A stretch of DNA of 63,992 nt, filler included, from Chiloscyllium plagiosum (lineage: Eukaryota), in the NCBI RefSeq assembly GCF_004010195.1. It is 4 parts of one record of this genome, joined end to end, with 100 filler letters (N's around TTAATTAATTAA, not from the genome) between each part and the next. Parts side by side here need not be neighbours in the genome. Positions count along the whole stretch, not along the records: positions 1 to 18,867 come from NC_057712.1; positions 18,968 to 50,573 come from NC_057712.1; 2 more parts are not named here. The stretch is one strand, 5' to 3'. The position numbers and the translations under genes were made by a program. Below, piece by piece: positions 12,376 to 25,493 of the stretch. Position 1 is the stretch's first letter; the number at the start of each line of letters is the position of its first letter. The notes below the pieces were generated by a model. It was not told the origin of the DNA and ran no database searches. It was given only the letters and a program-made list of their open reading frames with translations.

Positions 12376-13303
12376 CAAAGGTGGGGAGGAAATTATAATA
12401 AATATTCCAGAGAGAGCAAAGAGGGAAAACACCGGCACTTACAAACTTTTGTTAATTTAAGATAGCACATTTTCTCTTTCTAAAACTTTTTTGCTGATTA
12501 AATCTGAACATTGTTTTACATAGACTCAATAAATACAATTGCACACAATTGATTTCACACATAGTTCTTCTTGATGATTGTAACTACACAATCAATTTTA
12601 CAATAACTGAAAATTATTAGGGCAAAGTTAGAGAATGGGGGTACAGCATAGGATTTGTCCCCCCAGGCCAGTGCTGGCCCTTTGAGAGTACTTATTAGCC
12701 CTGTTCCCTTTCCCCATAGTCCAACAAATGTTTTCCTTTCAACGATTTATCCAATTCCCTGATGAGAATTATAATTAAATCTGGTTCTACTACCTGTCTG
12801 TGTACTTTGTGCACAGATTTTAAAAGATTAACTTTGCATCAAATTGCATTGCCCATTGATTAGAATAGCATATATTAACTAGGATGAGTTTAAAATTATT
12901 AAAGGAATCATTGAAACCTGTTAAAAAAAAACTCTACTGGTTTACAAGTTCTACTCAACAACACAAATTTTATTACTAATCTGATCGGAAATAAATAAAT
13001 GTCATCATTTTTCAATATTTTTGATGTACCAGATACAAATATGCAGTTCAAATCGTTGAGAACTGAGCCAAGCTCAAACTTCCTCTTGCACTCTGGCTAC
13101 TATAATGTAGTGGGGAGCTTTCCTTCAACAATGGACCAAAGGTCATGTATGAATAGTTGTGAGATTAGGTTAACACTCTGTCAAACATTGAAAACATTTG
13201 TTTACCAAAGAAGTACTTGGTTTTACAGCTGACTAAACGTGCAGATGCTTAGTTTTGTTGACATGCCAATTAATTGTGAAATTTGGCGAGTGCGAGTACA
13301 GTG

Positions 13304-13437
13304 AGTTAGAAATCATACAATACCAGGTTATAGTCCAACAGGTTTATTTGGAGACATTAGCTTTCCTGGTGTATAACCTGGTGTTGTGTGATTTTTAACT
13401 TTGTCCACCCCATGCAACACCAGCTCCTCCAAATCAC
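13304..13437. mobile_element. Short palindromic Penelope-terminus element
   Basis: Two opposed copies of the terminus aaatcacacaacaccaggttata; degenerate 13-bp TSD at 13291-13303 / 13438-13450. Confidence 0.75.
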
Positions 13438-13724
13438 GGCAAGTAGAGTGAAATGATCTGCTGAGATAATTGCACCAAATGATGCTAATCAGGCAGGCAA
13501 AGATCGTGCACTGTAAATGTTCAGTAACACTGGGATGATTTATCAATGCTAAAATTTATCTGGAAAAATATGAATCCTGGATAATTCCTAGCTCAGATTT
13601 GCTTATTAATTTATGAAAATTAACTTAAATATAGGTTAATTCAGAACTTGAGTGAATAGATTAAGGCATGAATTGACTATTAACTTGAATTTCTGCACAT
13701 CGTACACTTTATCAGCGCCAACAG

Positions 13725-14075
13725 ATCATAAAGTCCCTACAGTGTGGAAGCAGGCCATTCAGCCCATCAAGTCCACATTGAACCTCTGCAGAGCACCCCA
13801 TCCAGACCCACCTCCCTACTCTAACCCTGTAACCATGCACGTCCCGTGGCTAATCCACCTAACCTGTACATCCCAGGACACTATGGGCAATTTAGTATGG
13901 CCAATCCACCTAACCTGCACATCTTTGGACTGTGGGAGGCAGAATACCTGGTGGAATCCCACACAGACAGGGAGAAACATGGAAACTCTACACAGTCATC
14001 TGAGGTTGGAACCAAACCCAAGTCCCTAACACTGTGAGGTAGCAGTGCTAACCATTGAGCCACTGCACTGCCCTG
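13725..14075 (-). mobile_element. HE1-type SINE, near full length
   Basis: Head gcagtggctcaatggttagcactgct..., V-domain (partly duplicated) and CR1-like tail. Confidence 0.88.
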
Positions 14076-14762
14076 AGGCAATCATGTTAAAATTGACTTC
14101 TGGAAGTATAAGCATATTGGACGGTCTTCACTGCAGCATGTGTGCAACAAGAAGTTTGGTGTCAGAAAAAATCTAATACAGTATGTAATTTTTCAGATCT
14201 GTTAATATAAAACCCAAAAAAGTTGTGAATGATATGGGTATGGCAATTTTGAGCAGAGACAGGTCAGTATGAAATGATGAGCACCACATTTTCAAAAAGA
14301 TATCAAAGCCGGAGAGAAGTTATTGTTTAATCGCAAAGATAGCTTGGAGTCACTAAGATAACAGGAGTGGGGTAAGGTTATGAGACTCATCCAAAATATA
14401 GTGATACTAATCCCAATGGTCCAGAGCTGGTCAAAGTGAAATATGAGATTTTGAAACAAATAGATTTACAAAATGAAGCTTAAAGGGTTTTGGTTGGTTA
14501 GGGCAGACCATCTCACTGCAGAAGAAGGTTACGTAAATGCTTTCTGTAGAATCTTGCAACAAGGAGCACCTTAGTCAGAATTTTTTCTCCTTAGAAGAGC
14601 AGATAAATATTTGAATGGAGGCAGTTACTGGGCGACATAGAGAGCAAGGAACTTTGGGTTAAAGAAGATGCTGTGGTCTTTTTACAATCCCAGTTAGATT
14701 TTATGGAACAGCTGCTGTTGACCCAACAGAACACAGGAACAGGAGTAGGCCATTCAGTCCAT

Positions 14763-15177
14763 ATCCGCCACATGTCCTTCCATATCCGCCACAAATTCAC
14801 CTGCACCTCCACACACATCATTTATTACATCCGCTGCACCCGATGTGGCCTCCTCTATATTGGGGAGACAGGCCACCTAATTGTGCAATGTTTCAGAGAA
14901 CACCTCTGGGACACCCGGACCAACCAACCCAACCACTCAGTGACTCAACACTTCAACTCCCCCTCCCACTCCACCAAGGACATGCAGGTGCTTGGACTCC
15001 TCCATCGTCAGACCAAAGCAACACGATGGTTGGAGGAAAAGTACCTCATCTTCCGCCTTGGAACCCTCCAACCACAAGGGATAAACTCAGATTTCTCCAG
15101 TTTCCTCATTTCCCCTCCCCCCACCTCCTTGGCTGCTGCCTGACCTGCTGCGCTTTTCCAGCAACACATTTTCAGCT
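14763..15177 (+). mobile_element. 5'-truncated Penelope-like element (GIY-YIG domain plus terminus)
   Basis: FTCTSTHIIYYIRCTRCGLLYIGETG...FREH; perfect 12-bp TSD cattcagtccat (14751-14762 / 15178-15189). Confidence 0.92.
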
Positions 15178-15519
15178 CATTCAGTCCATCAAGCCTGTCT
15201 TGTCATTCAACATGATCATAGATGATCAAACAGTTCAAAACCTTTTACTCATCTAATTCTCACAACCTGTATGCAACTGAGAATTATACATCTATCAAAC
15301 TCAAGCTTATACAGTACATACTCAAAAACTGAGTCTCCACAGTCCACTGAAATAGAGAATTCTAAAGGCTCACAACCCTCTGATTAAAAGATCTTCTCCT
15401 AATCTTAGACCTAAATGGTATTCTCCTTATTTTTAAACTGTTCCCCTATTTCTAGATTCCTCAACCAGGAGAAAAAATTTACTTTCATCTGTTTGTCCAT
15501 CCCATTAATATTTGCATGT

Positions 15520-17035
15520 TTCAATGAAATGACAGAGAGAATAGGACCCCACAAGGAACAAAGGGGACATGTATGTGTAGAACTGCAGGGGATGGATGAG
15601 GTCCTCAATGAATATTTCCCCTCTGTATTTACTGTGGAGAAAGACATGAAGATTTGGGAACTTCAGGAGGTTTTTTTACTAGATTAGACTAGATTCCCTA
15701 CAGTGTGGAAACAGGCCTTTCAGCCCAACAAGTCCACACCAACCCTCTGAAGAGTAACCCACCCAGACCCATTTCCCTATGACTAATGCACCTAACAGTA
15801 TGGGCAATTTAGCTTTGCCAATTCACCTGACCTGCACATCTTTGGACTGTGGGAGGAAGGTTATCAGAAATTGCAGCAGGACCTTGATCAGCTGAGGAAG
15901 TGGACCAAGAAATGACAAATGGAGTTTAAGATAGATAAGTGTGAGGTCTTCCATTTTGGAAAGTCAAATGAAGGTAGGACTCTCATGATGAATGGTAGGG
16001 CCTTAGGGAGTGTAGTGGAACAGAGGCATCTTGGAGTTCAGGTACACTGTTCTCTGAAAGTGGAGTCACAGGTAGACAGGGCAGTGAAGAAGGATTTTGG
16101 CATATTGACCTTCAATCAGGGCATTGAGTATCGAAGTTAGGAAGTTATGTTGCAGATGTACAGGACGTTGATGAGGCCGCATTTGGAAGTATTGTGTTCA
16201 CCTTATTATAGGAAGGATGTTATTAAACTGGAAAGAGTGCAGAAGAACTTTACAAGGATGTTTACATTACATTACATTACAGGTGGAAACAGGCCCTTCG
16301 GCCCAACAAGTCCACACCGACCCGCCGAAGCGTAACCCACCCATACGTTTACCCTTTACCTAACACTATGGGCAATTTAGCATGGCCAATTCACAATTCA
16401 CCTGACCTGCACATCTTTGGACTGTGGGAGGAAACCAGAGCACCCGGAGGAAACCCACGCAGACACGGGGAGAACGTGCAAACTCCACACAGTCAGTCGC
16501 CTTAGGCGGGAATTGAACCCGGGTCTCTGGCGCTGTGAGGCAGCAGTGCTAACCACTGTGCCACCGTGCCGCCCATTGTCAGGACTAAACAGTCTGAGTT
16601 ATAGGGAGAGATTCAACAAGCTAGGACTTTTTTCTGTAGAGCACAGGAGACTGAGGGAGGATCTTATAGAAGTATATAGGATCACGAGAGACAGTGGATT
16701 GGGTCTTTTTCCCAGGGTTGGGGAGTCGAGGACTGGAGGGCATCAGTTTAAGGTGAGAGGGGAAAGAATGAAAGGGTACCTGAGGGGCAATGTTTTTTAC
16801 AGAGAGGGTGGTACGCATATGGAATGAAATGCTTGGTGGAAGTGGTTGAGGTGGGTACATTAACAACATTTAAAAGGCAATTGGACAAATACATGGATAG
16901 GAAAGGTTGAGAAGGATATGGGCCAAGTGCAGAGAAATAGGGTAAGCTTGGATGGACATTTTGGTCAGTGTGGAGCAGTTTGAGCCAAAGGGCCTGTCTC
17001 TGTGCTGTCGGACTCTTTGACTGTTTATGGCTCTT
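15520..17035 (+). mobile_element. CR1/HER1 LINE fragment with nested HE1 SINEs at about 15680-15858 and 16262-16575
   Basis: MEFKIDKCEVFHFG, YRTLMRPHLE and a 3' tail. The nested minus-strand SINE has a (TGTAA)n tail. Confidence 0.88.
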
Positions 17036-18756
17036 TATGACCTTGCCTTCTTTGAAATTCCAGGAAACACAAGCCCAATTTCTCTTCATGGGATAGTCCA
17101 CCAGCCTGGGAACGATGTTTGATGAACCTTTGTTGCACTCCTTGTATATGGTGATGGTATCATCAATAAGAAATCTGAGAAACAGCAGCATAAGTCCCAA
17201 CCATGGAATATTAAAGCAGCTTCATACAGCACAGAAATTAACACCTCTGACTCCTGAAATACTCCAAAGGGATGTTATGCTAAGATACAGATCATAAACT
17301 TGTAACTTAAGGCCATGGAAAACATGTAAGACATCCAGGTTGTGGAGGTACTATCAGGTTATTTGATAAGCCTAAGGAAACAAGGTAGCAATTGAATGCT
17401 ATCTCTATTGGTCAAAAGAATTGATAAGACTGTTGTCAGGTGACCCATGAACTCCAGGATTGTTACAGAAATAGTGATTTCGTTTCATGAGCATGGATAA
17501 AAACTCAAAATGCAAAAATTTGCAAACTACACAGCTTGGACAGACTGTAATCATGCAGCCAGGCCTTGGACAATCAACTTCCTGTTGAGACCAGACAGAC
17601 CTGGAACTGCCTGGTTAGGTGCCAACAGCCACATTGTTTCAAGATTAATAGTTGTTTCCACCTCCAGTGAACTTTCTTTGTAAGAAGAATTTGCAGAGAC
17701 TTGGTGGCACCCAGATCAGCAGGAAGCCAGAGGCATAATGTGACCAGGAGAGCAGTTGAACAAGGCTCTGTGAACTCCAAAATGAAATCATTGGATCTTT
17801 CTGCCCCCACCTAATGCTAACATTGGACACAGACCACACAATTTTTGAGAAGGGTAGGAAGAGAGGGATAAAAGGGGCAACTTGGAGCCCCAGCTCTGTT
17901 TTTTGCAGCTTTCTTCAACTGCATCTTCAGAAACCACCTCCGTGAGACAACCTGAAGACCAGAACTAGCCCTACGCGAGGGGCGAAAAAGCCCAAAATGA
18001 TGACTGCAGATCTTGAAACATCATTAGAGACCAAAAAAAATCGCAGATGCTGGAATCCAAAGTAGACAGGCAGGAGGCTGGAAGAACATAGCAAGCCAGG
18101 CTGCATCCATCTTGAAACATGTTATTGAACAGACACTATCAGACAAACAGTTCAAATACAGTAGTAGGGATCTGTGGATGTGTGTTGTGAATCCTTGGAA
18201 GCACGTGTCAATAAGTAGATACTGGTGGAGACTCGAGACTGTTTACTTAGAATTTAATTGAAGTACAATAGTAGAGTCTGATAGATATTTATTTTTACTT
18301 GATAAAGTGTTCAACAATATTCTGTTGAATCTTCAGCTGACCCTTGTCCCTTTTGTCTGCCTCTGCAAAATGCACCAGTGTTAAAAAGGATTACTGCAAA
18401 CTGATCAAGGTTAGTCAGAGTGCATTTACTCACCTTTCGCATTAAAATAAGACACTGACCAAACAAGGAAGGGAAAAGGTCTTTTTGCACCAGGCAGGCT
18501 AAGACAAATGCCACTATCTTCAAAAGATATAAAGCATTTGACCAAATAGCTCAGGTGGCTAGCATATGGTTCTGAATACTGCATAGCTACCATGCCTGTT
18601 TCAACGGAGGTAGACTTGGGGCCTGCCTGCTTGAACTGCTTCTCAGAATGGAAGGAAATGTCAAACCACCACTGAGAAAAACTGCCAATGGCTCAGGATG
18701 AAGCATCGCAGGCAAAGAGCCAAGAACCTGCCTTTGGGCAGAGCATATAAACTGTA

Positions 18757-19042
18757 TGAGAAAGTGAGGTCTGCAGATGCTGGAGATCAGAGCTGGAAAT
18801 GTGTTGCTGGAAAAGCGCAGCAGGTCAGGCAGCATCCAGGGAACAGGAGAATCGACGTTTCGGGCATNNNNNNNNNNNNNNNNNNNNNNNNNNNNNNNNN
18901 NNNNNNNNNNNTTAATTAATTAANNNNNNNNNNNNNNNNNNNNNNNNNNNNNNNNNNNNNNNNNNNNTTATGCCCGAAACGTCGATTCTCCTGTTCCCTG
19001 GATGCTGCCTGACCTGCTGCGCTTTTCCAGCAACACATTTCC
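18757..19042. mobile_element. Fold-back Penelope insertion spanning an assembly gap
   Basis: The two arms are near-perfect inverted repeats; perfect 15-bp TSD agcatataaactgta (18742-18756 / 19043-19057). Confidence 0.9.
18868..18967. other. Assembly spacer 44N-TTAATTAATTAA-44N (also at 50574-50673 and 60919-61018)
   Basis: Identical 100-nt layout three times; the linker has stops in all six frames. Confidence 0.95.
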
Positions 19043-19069
19043 AGCATATAAACTGTACCCTACTAGAAG

Positions 19070-20265
19070 GCCCTCTCTGTTATATGTAGTGCAGATCTGA
19101 TCCCAAAACTGTGCCGTTGCAGTCACCTAACCGTTCTTCCACTTCATGTGGAGGTCTAAGATGGACCGTGTCCACAGGCACACCATGTACAAAATTCTGG
19201 ATAAAAGGGCAAAGGATGTACCTAATGTTGCCTTCATCCTGGTGGCAACCTTTGTGTTCAGCTGCATCAAGCTGTGCACAGATCCCAGTACACAAACACC
19301 AAGTGTCACTACTACTGAGGTTTTACCTGTCCTTAGTGTAGCGAAGGATGGAACTGGTCTCATTGCCTGGAACTGTGCAAGTGGATGGACCTTCCTTATC
19401 ACTGTTTCTTGTGGAGAAATTTATAAAGAAAAACACCTCTGACCACTAATCTATCAGGAATTGGTCAGCATGTAACATCTTCGAGAACCTGCAGGAAAAG
19501 GAGACAGTGGATCCTTCTGCGTGGTTCCCTGAGCAGACTATCAAAGTAATTTGGCAGAATGCCTCATCACTAGAACTTTCCAACAAGACTTTGCTTTGCT
19601 AGTGATTAGAAGGGCATTACCCGTCAGATCCTTTATGTACAACCTCCTTGATCTGCATCACTGCACGCTGCCCTCAAAGCAACTGCGGGGGTTTGAGACT
19701 ATCACACATCTCCTTCTGGCACATAGCAAAGGAAGTCCGGAGAAAGATGCACTGGTTTTTGGTCGAGGTTTTTCATCCCGAGCAGCTCTGTGATGCGGGA
19801 CTCTATGCTCTACAATCTGTTCCCTAGGACACACACAGAGACAAGCATCAACTGCACCTGGAGGACCATTAATTTGGTGACAGACACTCTTTGCACTGCC
19901 TGAAACTTGTTGGTTTTCCAACAAGAAGTTGATCAAGTGTTGCAAACTGGCACATTCTAAGGTCCAAGACTACATGCTGAGGGATACAGTAACACTTGGA
20001 GCACAGCCAAGGCACAGTGGAGAAAGACCACTGTCTGAGGTCTTCCTCCTGAAGGTAAATGCGGATCCAGTCAGTTTTGGACCCTCCTAGTACCTCAAAT
20101 GCATGTAAATATAGAGCAGTTCAAGTAAGAGATGTCTTTGGTTTGTTTGGATAGAGTCAAACTCCAATGTTTGTTTGTCTCCTTGATATGGTACTGTACA
20201 GAAGCAAACTGCATTTGTGACTAGTATAGATATATTTTATGAATAAAGTATTTGTATAAATAAAA
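19070..20265 (+). mobile_element. Tx1/L1-clade LINE 3' fragment
   Basis: FHFMWRSKMDRVHRHTMYK..DVPNVAFIL and RRALPVRSF..ETITHLL (zf-RVT-like region); ends in AATAAA and an A-rich tail. Confidence 0.75.
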
Positions 20266-20669
20266 GAACCCTACCAGTCAGCGATACAAGGAGCAACAAC
20301 GCTGGCTGCAATGAAAAATCTGTTGGCCTCGTAACATATTTATCTTGTTTTAAAATTTTGGACTGCAGCTATGTTTCACAAAGGGGTCTATTCAAGGATC
20401 CATGCAGTGAGAATTAAGCAGTTTGGACTGAGAAAAGTCATTTCAAGATCTCTTACAACATACAAATATGTCAGCACCTTATCATGTTATTTGTGTGGAA
20501 CACCACTGAAGCAAAAATGAAACAACTGCACAAAGTCAGTTATGTTTTTGACCAGACACAAGAAGTTACATTTTTCCACAGCAAGTTTCAACAGAGAGAA
20601 AGAAAAACAAACTTGTCATCAGCTGGTAATCAATACAAGACTCAACTCAAGGCTTTATTTTATACATTT

Positions 20670-21470
20670 TTGCCATGACTTGAAGGTTTAAGTCACAGGG
20701 AGAGGCTGAATGGGCTGGGGCATTTTTCCCTGGTTTGTTGGAGACTGAGGGATAACCTTCTAGAGGTTTATAAAATCATAAAGAACATGGATACGGTGAG
20801 TAGCAAAGGTCTTTTTCCTAGGGTGGAGAAATCCAAAACTAGAGGACATAGGTTTAAGGTAAGAGGGGAAAGATTTTAAAAGGGCCTGAGGGGTACCTGC
20901 TTCATGCAGAGATTGGTGTGTGCATGGAATGAGCTGCCAGAGAAAGCGGTGGACATGGGTACAATTACAACATTTAAAAGGAATCTGGATGGGTATATGA
21001 ATAGGAAGGGTTTGAAGGGATATGGGCCAAATGCTGGTAAAATGGGACTAGGTCAGATTGGGATGTGTGGTCAGTGTGTAAGAGTTTGACCGAAGGATGA
21101 CTTGCGTCAAATGACTCGTGTTTGTCAGCAAGGTTATAGCTCATGAATCTTATCTCCCACATTCTACAGGAGGACAATTCCACTGCCCTTACATATTCCA
21201 ATTGTTCTGAATTCCCAAACAGACTGCTGAAAAAAAACTAGTAACCTTACCAATCCGGCGCAAATAACATTTTTTTGGTTACAGGAGGTTAGAGGATGCA
21301 GGTGCAGTTACAATATTTTAAAAGACATTTGGACATGTCCATGAATAGGAAAGGTTTAGAGGAATATGGGCCAAATGTAGGCAAATGGAACTAATTTAGT
21401 TCAGGAAACTCTGTTGTTATGGACGAGTTGGACCGAAGGGTCTGTTTCTGTGCTATGTGACTCTGTGGCT
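20670..21470 (+). mobile_element. Two CR1/HER1 3'-end fragments (20670-21095, 21285-21470)
   Basis: WNELPE..TFKRNLDGYMNRKG and the conserved 3' tail. Confidence 0.85.
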
Positions 21471-22189
21471 CCGAGTCTACTCACTGGCCTTGATTTCGAT
21501 GCCCATTAGTATTTGACTAAGGATCTTGTAAAAACCCTGATGTCCCAACCTGTGAGGGAATTGCCTGAAGGTTAATCATTCACTGGGTAATTTCCCTGCT
21601 CCCTCGGATTCAGCAGGAAGCTCCGATTCAGAATTATAGTCAGACAGTTCCACAACACTGGAGTAGCTACAAAAAAAAATTAGACAGATTAAAACCTAGC
21701 TAGATAACCCTGCATGTGACTCTCCCCATCCCTTCCCCCTCCGTACTCTCCCGAACTCACCAATCACATCACTTAACACCCCAACCAGCCCTACACTTGA
21801 TTACTCATTCTGTACCCAGCTGCCTTGACTCAACTATCCACCATCCACCCACCCATACATTCAAAGATTTAAAGACTAGGCCTTTAAACTTACCAAATGG
21901 CAGATGGTATCATTAAAAAAGGGCTGTGCCCCATCTTCCCGCAACTCTACTACACTCCAACTGAACTCCCCAAGGGATGCTAAACTGTACATTCCTATGA
22001 CAGCAGGATCATCATTCCAATGCTTGGAAGATCCAGGCTATTAATAGAAATTGTAAGTTTTTGTGTGTGTGTATATTATTAACCATTAGAACCAGAATTC
22101 TACTTCCTGATCGGTGTTTGTGGCTCACCAAAAAGTCCTTGAAATGGCGCCTCAGGAGGTTTGCTACATTGATGAGAGTGTTGTTTTAT

Positions 22190-25100
22190 CTATGATTTGG
22201 AGATGCCTCTGTTGGACCAGGATGTACAAAGTTAAGAATCACACAACAGCAGGTTATAGTCCAACAGGTTTATTTGAAGTACTAAACTTTCAGTGTGCTG
22301 CTCTTTCAGCAGGTGATTGTGGAGTAAGAGATCGTAAGACACAGAACTTACAGCAAAAGTTTACAGTGTGATGTAACTGAAATCATATATTGAACAACAC
22401 CTAGATGGTTTGTTAAATCTCTCATCTTTTAGAACGAACATGTTGGTTTGAGTTCTTTCATATGTAAATCACAGAACTTTCTTTTAGAAAGGTTACATTC
22501 TCAAGTGAACTTTAACAATTGATGTCGTGTCGTCCCAGATAATGCACTAAAGGTATGAGGTGCCCTGTGTGAGACTGTCTGTGCCACAATGATCAGACTG
22601 ATTCTAGTTTAAAAAAAGATTTACAGAATCTTACATGGATTCATTCAGTTATTGAGCAAAATAAAATGTAATTCTGCAAGTACAAATTCACCCCAAAAAA
22701 ACTTATATATACACGAGTGTGTATGCATGGTTGGGGGTGGGGGCGCGGTGGGGGAGGTGGTTGGAGATTAGGAGTGTGTGTGAGATAAAGACTATAAAGG
22801 GGTATAAGGCAGAGGGTGTGTGGGAGTAGATGTGTGAGCATATAAGAGACAGCTTGTATATAAAAGAGTTCTGCGTGAGTGTGCGCGTGTAGGAGTGCCT
22901 GTGTATGTGTGCGCATCTGTGTGTACACACATGTATCTATGTGTAATGCAGTAGGGCCACCTATAGTGTGACATGAACTCAAGATTCCGGTTGAGGCCAT
23001 CCCTATAGCCAAGTTCAGTACCTATCAGCCTCTGCTCAGCCACTTTGTGTTGTTGCCTGTCCTGACATCCACCTTGGAGGATGGTCACCCAAAGGTCCGA
23101 GGTCTAATGTCCTAGACTGCTTAAATGCTCTCCAACCGAGAGGGAACACTCCTATTTGTTGATTGTTGTGCGATGTTCATTCACCCGTTGTCATAGCCTC
23201 TGCTCGGTCTCGCCAATGTATCATGCCTCAGGGTATCCTTGCCTGCAGCGTAGGAGATAGACAACGTTGGCGGCGTCACATGAGTACCTGCCACGTACAC
23301 AGTGGGAGGTGTCCCTACACATAATGGTGGTATCCGTGTCAACACTGACACATCATACAGTGTCTATCATGACAAGGCTGTATGGTGTTGCCCTGAAAGC
23401 TGGGCAATTTGCTACGAACAATAATCTGCTAAAGGTTTGGTGGTTGTTTAAGCGTGAGAAGTGGAGGCATGGAAGGTCTTGGCAAGGTGCTCATCCTCAT
23501 TGATAACGTATTGCAGGCTGCGAGGAACATGGTGTAGTTTGTTGCCTCTTGAACAGATCCTGTGTATGCATCACAATGGACTCTACACCAGCATCCCACA
23601 CAATGACAGCATCGCTAGAACAGTTTCAGTACTCAACACCAACAACTGCCAATCTCTGAGCACTGTCCTACCACTCATCTGCTTTACCCTCAAACAATGT
23701 TTTCACCTTTGACAACCAGTTCTTCAGCCAGACACAGAACAACCATATGGACCAAATTTGCACCCCAATAAGCCAATATTTTCATGTACAGGTTTGAACA
23801 AGTCTTCTTCTCTACACAGGACCTCCAACTTACACTATACGCCAGGTACACTGACATTTTTTTCCTCTGGACCTATGGCGAGGAGTCACTGAAACAACTA
23901 CACAGTGATATCAATGAGTTTCATCCCACCATTAAACTCACCATGGACTACTCTCCACTATCTATCTCATTCTTGGACACATGAATCTCCATCAAGGATG
24001 GGCACCTCAGTACCTCACTCTTCTACAAACCCACGGATACCCTAACAATACTACACTTCTCCAGCTTCCATCCGAAACATTAAAAACAACTATCTCCTAT
24101 GGACAAGCCTAACAGGATCTGGTTCAGATGAGGAACGCGATGGGCACCTGGAAGTACTCCAGAATGCCCTCATAAGAACAGGGTATGATGCTCAATTCAT
24201 CGGCCACCAGTTCAGATGTGCCATAGTAAGAAACCGTAATGACTCCTCAGGAGACAGACACGAGCTGCAACTGACAGGGTATCCCTCATTGTCCAATACT
24301 CCAAGAGGCGAAAAACTACGCCATGTCATTCACAGCCTACAACACATTATCACTGAGGATGAGCACCTCGCCAAGACTATCCCCATGCCTTCACTTCTCG
24401 CCTTTAAACCACAAAACCTTAAACAGATCATTGTTCGTAGCAACCTGCCTGGCTTTCAGGACAAGGTTGTAAGACGTGTCAACCACGGTTACGCGTGGGG
24501 ACACCTTCCACTGTATATGTGGCAGGTACTCACGCGACTCAGCCAACATTGTTTATCTCATATGCTGCAGGCAAGGATGCCCTGAGGCATGGTATTTTGG
24601 CAAGACCAAGCAGAGACTACAACAACAGATGAATGGACACCGCACAACGATCAACAGATAGGAGTGTTCCCTCCCAATCGGAGAACACTTAAGTGGTCCA
24701 GGACATTCGACCTCGGACCTTCGGGTGACCGTCCTCCAAGGCAGACTTCGGGACAGGCAACAACGCAAAGTGGCCGAGTAGAGACTGATAGCCAAGTTCG
24801 GTACCCATAGAGATCGCCTCAACCAGGACCTTGGGTTCATGTCACACTACAGGTGATCCCACTGCACTGACACACACTCCTACAGACCCATACAGTCACG
24901 CAGACCCTCTCTCATACACAAGCTCTCATATGCAAACACATGCACACCCACACACTCACATGTACCCTCTCAGAGACTTATACCCTTTTACACACACACT
25001 CATAACACCCACCCCTACACACCCACACATTTAAATTTGAGGGGTGAATTTGTACTTGCAGAACTGCATTTTATTTTGCTCAAAAACTGCATGAATCCAT

Positions 25101-25493
25101 GTAGGATTTGTAATCTGTTTTTTAGATTAGAATCAGTCTGACCATTGTAGCACAGTCTCATACAGGGCACCTTACACCTTTCAATGCATTATCTGGGCCG
25201 ACATAACACCAATTGTTAAAGTTCACTTGAGAATGTAACTATAAAATAGTTCTGCGATTTACATATGAAAGAACTGAAACCAACATGTTCATTCTAAAAG
25301 ATTAGAGATTTAACAAATAATCTGGGTATTTTTCAATATATGATTTCAGTTACATCACACTGTAAACTTTTGCTATAAATTCTGTCTTACGATCTTATAC
25401 ACCACAACCACTTGATGAAGGAGCAGTGTTTTGAAAGCTAGTGCTTCCAAATAAAACCTATTGAATTATAACGTGGTGTTGAGATTTTTAACT
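22190..25493 (+). mobile_element. Penelope-like element with an inverted 5' arm of about 1.35 kb
   Basis: Plus part (about 23546-25493) has LYTSIPH, ANIFMYRFEQ, RYTDIF, GIY-YIG and the terminus. 22190-23545 is the reverse complement of its 3' part. TSD ttgttttat (22181-22189 / 25494-25502). Confidence 0.92.

Noticed and set aside
14673..15143. 156-aa ORF with a GIY-YIG domain as a possible domesticated gene
   Set aside because: A chance fusion of flanking DNA to a truncated Penelope bounded by a TSD; no promoter or splice evidence.
16490..16575. tRNA-like A/B boxes on minus (also about 39920-39997 and 10398-10455 on plus)
   Set aside because: These are SINE heads continuing into SINE bodies, not cloverleaf tRNA genes.
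18912..18923. TTAATTAATTAA palindrome inside N-runs (also 50618-50629 and 60963-60974)
   Set aside because: Artificial scaffold linker in an identical 44N+12+44N layout; not biological.
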